Source of the DNA: Psychrobacter cryohalolentis K5
Lineage (GTDB): Bacteria; Pseudomonadota; Gammaproteobacteria; Pseudomonadales; Moraxellaceae
Direction: 5' to 3'
Length of the DNA stretch: 32,000 nt
NCBI RefSeq assembly: GCF_000013905.1
Contig: NC_007969.1
Span: forward strand, 60,001 to 92,000
Shown here: one piece after another, positions 29,241-32,000 of the stretch
Layout of the letters: every line of letters starts with the position of its first letter
Numbering within the stretch: position 1 is the first letter of the stretch
Translations under genes and position numbers: made by a program
Notes under the pieces: model-generated
What the model was told of the DNA's origin: nothing
Seen by the model: the letters and a program-made list of their open reading frames with translations, nothing else
Databases searched by the model: none

Positions 29241-29258
29241 AATAATAATAATAATAAT
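29241..29258. repeat. (AAT)6 perfect trinucleotide repeat within a very AT-rich spacer
   Basis: AATAATAATAATAATAAT read directly at 29241-29258, about 120 bp upstream of the PfpI-family start codon. Confidence 0.9.
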
Positions 29259-29379
29259 GATAAATTTGAGCAGTAAAACTAAATAAAAATAACAATACAT
29301 TAATTCATATAAATTAATTTTTACAATTATAAGAAAATTATTCAGTCATAAATATAATTTACAAATAATAGGAAGTACT

Positions 29380-29904
29380 ATGAAAACGATTGCTTTTTTA
29401 CTTCATAACAACTTTGAACAAGCAGAATATGAAGAGGTTAACAACAAACTAAAAGCCAAAGGTTACAGCACACTTCTAATAACCACCAATAAAGAAAAAG
29501 AAGTCCAAGGTATGCAGCAAGACGTCAACAAAGGCGATACCTTTACCGCTGATATTTTTGCAAAAGATGCAAAACCTGCGGAGTATGATGCTTTAGTTTT
29601 GCCGGGTGGTACGGTTAATGCTGATACCATGCGTGGTAACGAAGATGCACACAGTATTATTACTGCAATAAATGAGGCTGGTAAACCGCTTGCTGTTATC
29701 TGCCATGCGCCTTGGATATTAATCAATACTGGTATAGCTAAGGGTAAAACGTTAACGGCTTATCATACTTTACAACTTGATTTAGCAAATGCTGGGGCAA
29801 AATTCGTAGACGCAAGCGTGCAGATAGACGGTAATCTGATTACTTCACGCAACCCAGATGATATTAATAATTTCGTCGCAGCGATTGATAAAGCTTTAAC
29901 ATGA
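29380..29904 (+). CDS. DJ-1/PfpI family protein (YhbO-like general stress protein / deglycase-type)
   Basis: 174-aa ORF containing YDALVLPGG, the nucleophile elbow AVICHAPWIL and LITSRNPDD, collinear with E. coli YhbO. An AGGAAG RBS is present, and TATAAT at 29353-29358 lies upstream. Confidence 0.85.
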   Translation: MKTIAFLLHNNFEQAEYEEVNNKLKAKGYSTLLITTNKEKEVQGMQQDVNKGDTFTADIFAKDAKPAEYDALVLPGGTVNADTMRGNEDAHSIITAINEAGKPLAVICHAPWILINTGIAKGKTLTAYHTLQLDLANAGAKFVDASVQIDGNLITSRNPDDINNFVAAIDKALT

Positions 29905-29962
29905 GTTCCAATCGTTTTAACTTAGAGTAATTTTTATTCATTATCTATAAGGATATAACACG

Positions 29963-30121
29963 ATGACACAGCCTAATCCAAACGATACCAAATTTGAGCA
30001 ACAACGTTCTGATTCTGCCAAAGCAGCGCTTAAAAGCCAGACGGAAGATAATCATACAGAAGACACTGAAGCTGCCGCAGAGCGTATTGCTGATAACTTG
30101 GAAACGAAAGAAGATAAATAG
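29963..30121 (+). CDS. Candidate small acidic hydrophilic protein (52 aa), not in the ORF track
   Basis: The ATG at 29963 is preceded by AAGGA about 9 nt upstream. Translation: MTQPNPNDTKFEQQRSDSAKAALKSQTEDNHTEDTEAAAERIADNLETKEDK, ending at TAG 30119-30121. There is no competing ORF of 60 aa or more on either strand. Confidence 0.45.
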   Translation: MTQPNPNDTKFEQQRSDSAKAALKSQTEDNHTEDTEAAAERIADNLETKEDK

Positions 30122-30166
30122 CTTCTTAAGTATGAATATATGAGTTAAATGTAAATAGGAGTTACT

Positions 30167-30346
30167 ATGAGCAATTCAGTAAAAGATATGGATGAGCAAG
30201 AACAAGAGATTAATCAACTTGTAGAAGATATCAATCCTCGTGCTGATAACTCTCCTGATAGTTTAGCAGAAGCTACGACTGTGCCTTTAGCAGACGATGA
30301 GCTAGGCGGTATGGCTAGCGAAGAAGATATCCAAAAAAATAAATAA
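30167..30346 (+). CDS. Candidate small acidic hydrophilic protein (59 aa), not in the ORF track
   Basis: The ATG at 30167 is preceded by AGGAG 5 nt upstream. Translation: MSNSVKDMDEQEQEINQLVEDINPRADNSPDSLAEATTVPLADDELGGMASEEDIQKNK, ending at TAA 30344-30346. A strong terminator lies about 100 bp downstream. Confidence 0.5.
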   Translation: MSNSVKDMDEQEQEINQLVEDINPRADNSPDSLAEATTVPLADDELGGMASEEDIQKNK

Positions 30347-30449
30347 GTCTTAGATTATAAGGCTGGTATCTACATTTCATGTTTACTTTTGATGGGTACT
30401 AACAATTTAGTCAACTTACTTACCAATAATCAGATATTCTTAAAACCAT

Positions 30450-30485
30450 AACAAAAAACTGCTGTTAGCCCAGCAGTTTTTTGTT
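30450..30485. terminator. Strong, potentially bidirectional intrinsic terminator closing the PfpI/small-ORF module
   Basis: AACAAAAAACTGCTG (30450-30464) and CAGCAGTTTTTTGTT (30471-30485) are perfect 15-bp complements around a 6-nt loop. Confidence 0.75.
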
Positions 30486-30698
30486 ATAATTGGCGTCATA
30501 TTTAAATACGGTTTAGATTATTCTAAATGGTTTTAAGTGACAGTTATGACTCATTGAGCTTGTCGTACACTAGGTCAACTCTAGTAATGCAGGGTTGTCC
30601 TGAATGACGTACAGGCTATTTTATTGACTATTCTATTGCTCCTCGATACTTAAACTTTTAAGGTTATCTTGGTGCTCTTAGCATTGCCGGAGAGATTT

Positions 30699-30965
30699 AT
30701 GCTAACTAATGCCGATCGCGAACAAATCATTGCTCAATACCAACGTGGTGAAAGTGACACTGGTTCACCAGAAGTTCAAGTAGCTTTGTTAAGTGCTCGC
30801 ATCAACGATCTACAAAACCATTTTAAAGCACACAAAGCGGATCACCATAGCCGCCGTGGTCTTATCCGTATGGTTAATACCCGTCGTAAACTGCTTGATT
30901 ACTTAAAAGGTAAAGATCTTGGTCGCTATACCACCCTTATTAGCCAGTTAGGTCTACGTCGTTAA
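30699..30965 (+). CDS. rpsO: 30S ribosomal protein S15
   Basis: [55 protein letters not shown]...LGLRR is canonical S15. The ATG at 30699 is preceded by GGAGAG; the track ORF starts at a TTG at 30669. Confidence 0.95.
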   Translation: MLTNADREQIIAQYQRGESDTGSPEVQVALLSARINDLQNHFKAHKADHHSRRGLIRMVNTRRKLLDYLKGKDLGRYTTLISQLGLRR

Positions 30966-31085
30966 TTTGACGACAGTAGTACGAATGGTTGCTAAAACGA
31001 GATATGCCTTAACTGGGAAGTATTTTAGATTTTTTGCGCAGCTATTTGGAACTTGCTTGTTGATATCGATAAAATAGATTTTTCT

Positions 31086-31120
31086 AAAAACGGTGTGGAA
31101 TAGTTTCACGCCGTTTTTTT
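31086..31120 (+). terminator. Intrinsic terminator after rpsO
   Basis: AAAAACGGTGTG...CACGCCGTTTTTTT forms an 8-bp stem with one G-U pair, followed by a T-run. Confidence 0.7.
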
Positions 31121-31567
31121 ATGCTTATCAGTATGGTATGAGTTTAAGTACAGAAACAAAAGCTTATATTTAACTAATTATTAAGAAATAGATAGTAGTG
31201 CATTAGGTTGGTCAATGACCATAAATCACTGTAAAATAATGCCTTAGTCGGTTTTTGCACTGTTTATGATAGATAAACATGCATAGGTAAAGTAGTGAAG
31301 AGGCTCCATAGATGGAGTGGTTTTGATGCTATAAAAATCTAAATGATCGTTATAGCAAACCGAATTTTAGCATTAACCAATATGCAGGGCTGTGCTTTAT
31401 GTACCAGCCAATTGCATAAGATAAATATTTGATAATAATAGTTTCGATAGACAAGATTTATAAGTATAAAGACAGTCGATTAGAAGCTATATACAAAGAA
31501 TTTTAATGACAGATATCAGTGTTTTTTGTGCTGATATTATTTCGTCAGTCAATATTAGGAAAATTAT

Positions 31568-32000
31568 ATGACAATGTTTAATACCATTAAGCGTGAATTC
31601 CAATACGGTAACCAGCAAGTTGTTATCGAAACAGGACGTATTGCGCGTCAAGCTAACTCGATTTTAGTCCACATGGGCGGCGTTACTGTATTGGTAGCAG
31701 CGGTTGTAAAGTCTGATGCTAAAGAAGGTCAAAACTTCTTTCCATTGACCGTTAACTATCAAGAAAAAATGTATGCTGCGGGTAAAATCCCAGGTGCTTA
31801 CGGTAAACGTGAAGGTCGTGCGAGCGAGTCTGAAACGTTAACCTCGCGTCTAATTGACCGCCCAATCCGTCCGTTATTCCCTGAAGGCTATGTCAACGAG
31901 ATTCAAATCACGGCAACGGTTGTGTCATCTGACAAAACTCAATCAGCAGATATCGCAGCACTAATCGGTGCTTCAGCGGCGCTAGCTATCTCTGATGCAC
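31568..32000 (+). CDS. pnp: Polyribonucleotide nucleotidyltransferase (PNPase), N-terminal 144 codons; continues beyond the window
   Basis: Hand translation gives [43 protein letters not shown]...[52 protein letters not shown], the PNPase RNase PH domain 1. It is absent from the track because it is truncated. Confidence 0.95.
   Translation, partial: MTMFNTIKREFQYGNQQVVIETGRIARQANSILVHMGGVTVLVAAVVKSDAKEGQNFFPLTVNYQEKMYAAGKIPGAYGKREGRASESETLTSRLIDRPIRPLFPEGYVNEIQITATVVSSDKTQSADIAALIGASAALAISDA

Noticed and set aside
29963-30346. The two small tandem ORFs as a toxin-antitoxin pair
   Set aside because: Both products are strongly acidic and lack any folded-domain signature. Neither resembles a toxin, the genes do not overlap, and they are 45 bp apart. 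The TA hypothesis has no support, and they are retained only as hydrophilin-like candidates.

Overview
This window reads as core genome from a moderately AT-rich gammaproteobacterium. Gene content and protein sequences suggest Moraxellaceae, possibly Psychrobacter-like, but that is an impression I cannot verify here.

Genes in order:
- pepA (5' part, minus strand, runs off the window), an isochorismatase-family hydrolase, then lptF-lptG.
- Two MTS-type SAM methyltransferases flanking an orphan ORF and xerD.
- A tusA-like gene and a small membrane protein.
- ruvX, yqgE and recN, then ppnP and rlmB.
- coaE-pilD-pilC-pilB, with no pilin gene nearby.
- tpiA, secG and tRNA-Leu(GAG).
- The classical metY(tRNA-fMet)-rimP-nusA-infB-rbfA-truB ... 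rpsO-pnp cluster.

That last cluster is interrupted between truB and rpsO by a terminator-bracketed module of about 1.4 kb. The module holds a very AT-rich leader with an (AAT)6 tract, a YhbO/PfpI-like protein, and two small acidic ORFs that fall below the ORF-track cutoff.

I found no transposase, phage gene, CRISPR array, toxin-antitoxin pair or recognisable defence gene, and I do not see a convincing undescribed multi-gene system.

The observations most worth a second look are:
- the truB/rpsO stress-type insertion with its unannotated hydrophilin-like ORFs;
- an isochorismatase-gene insertion flanked by direct repeats in the conserved pepA/lptFG locus;
- a 16-bp perfect inverted repeat with a 40-nt spacer;
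- an initiator tRNA with a U1-U72 mismatch instead of C1-A72;
- a two-domain NPPW methyltransferase with an unassignable N-terminal half.

All product calls come from reading motifs in the translations. No database search was possible.
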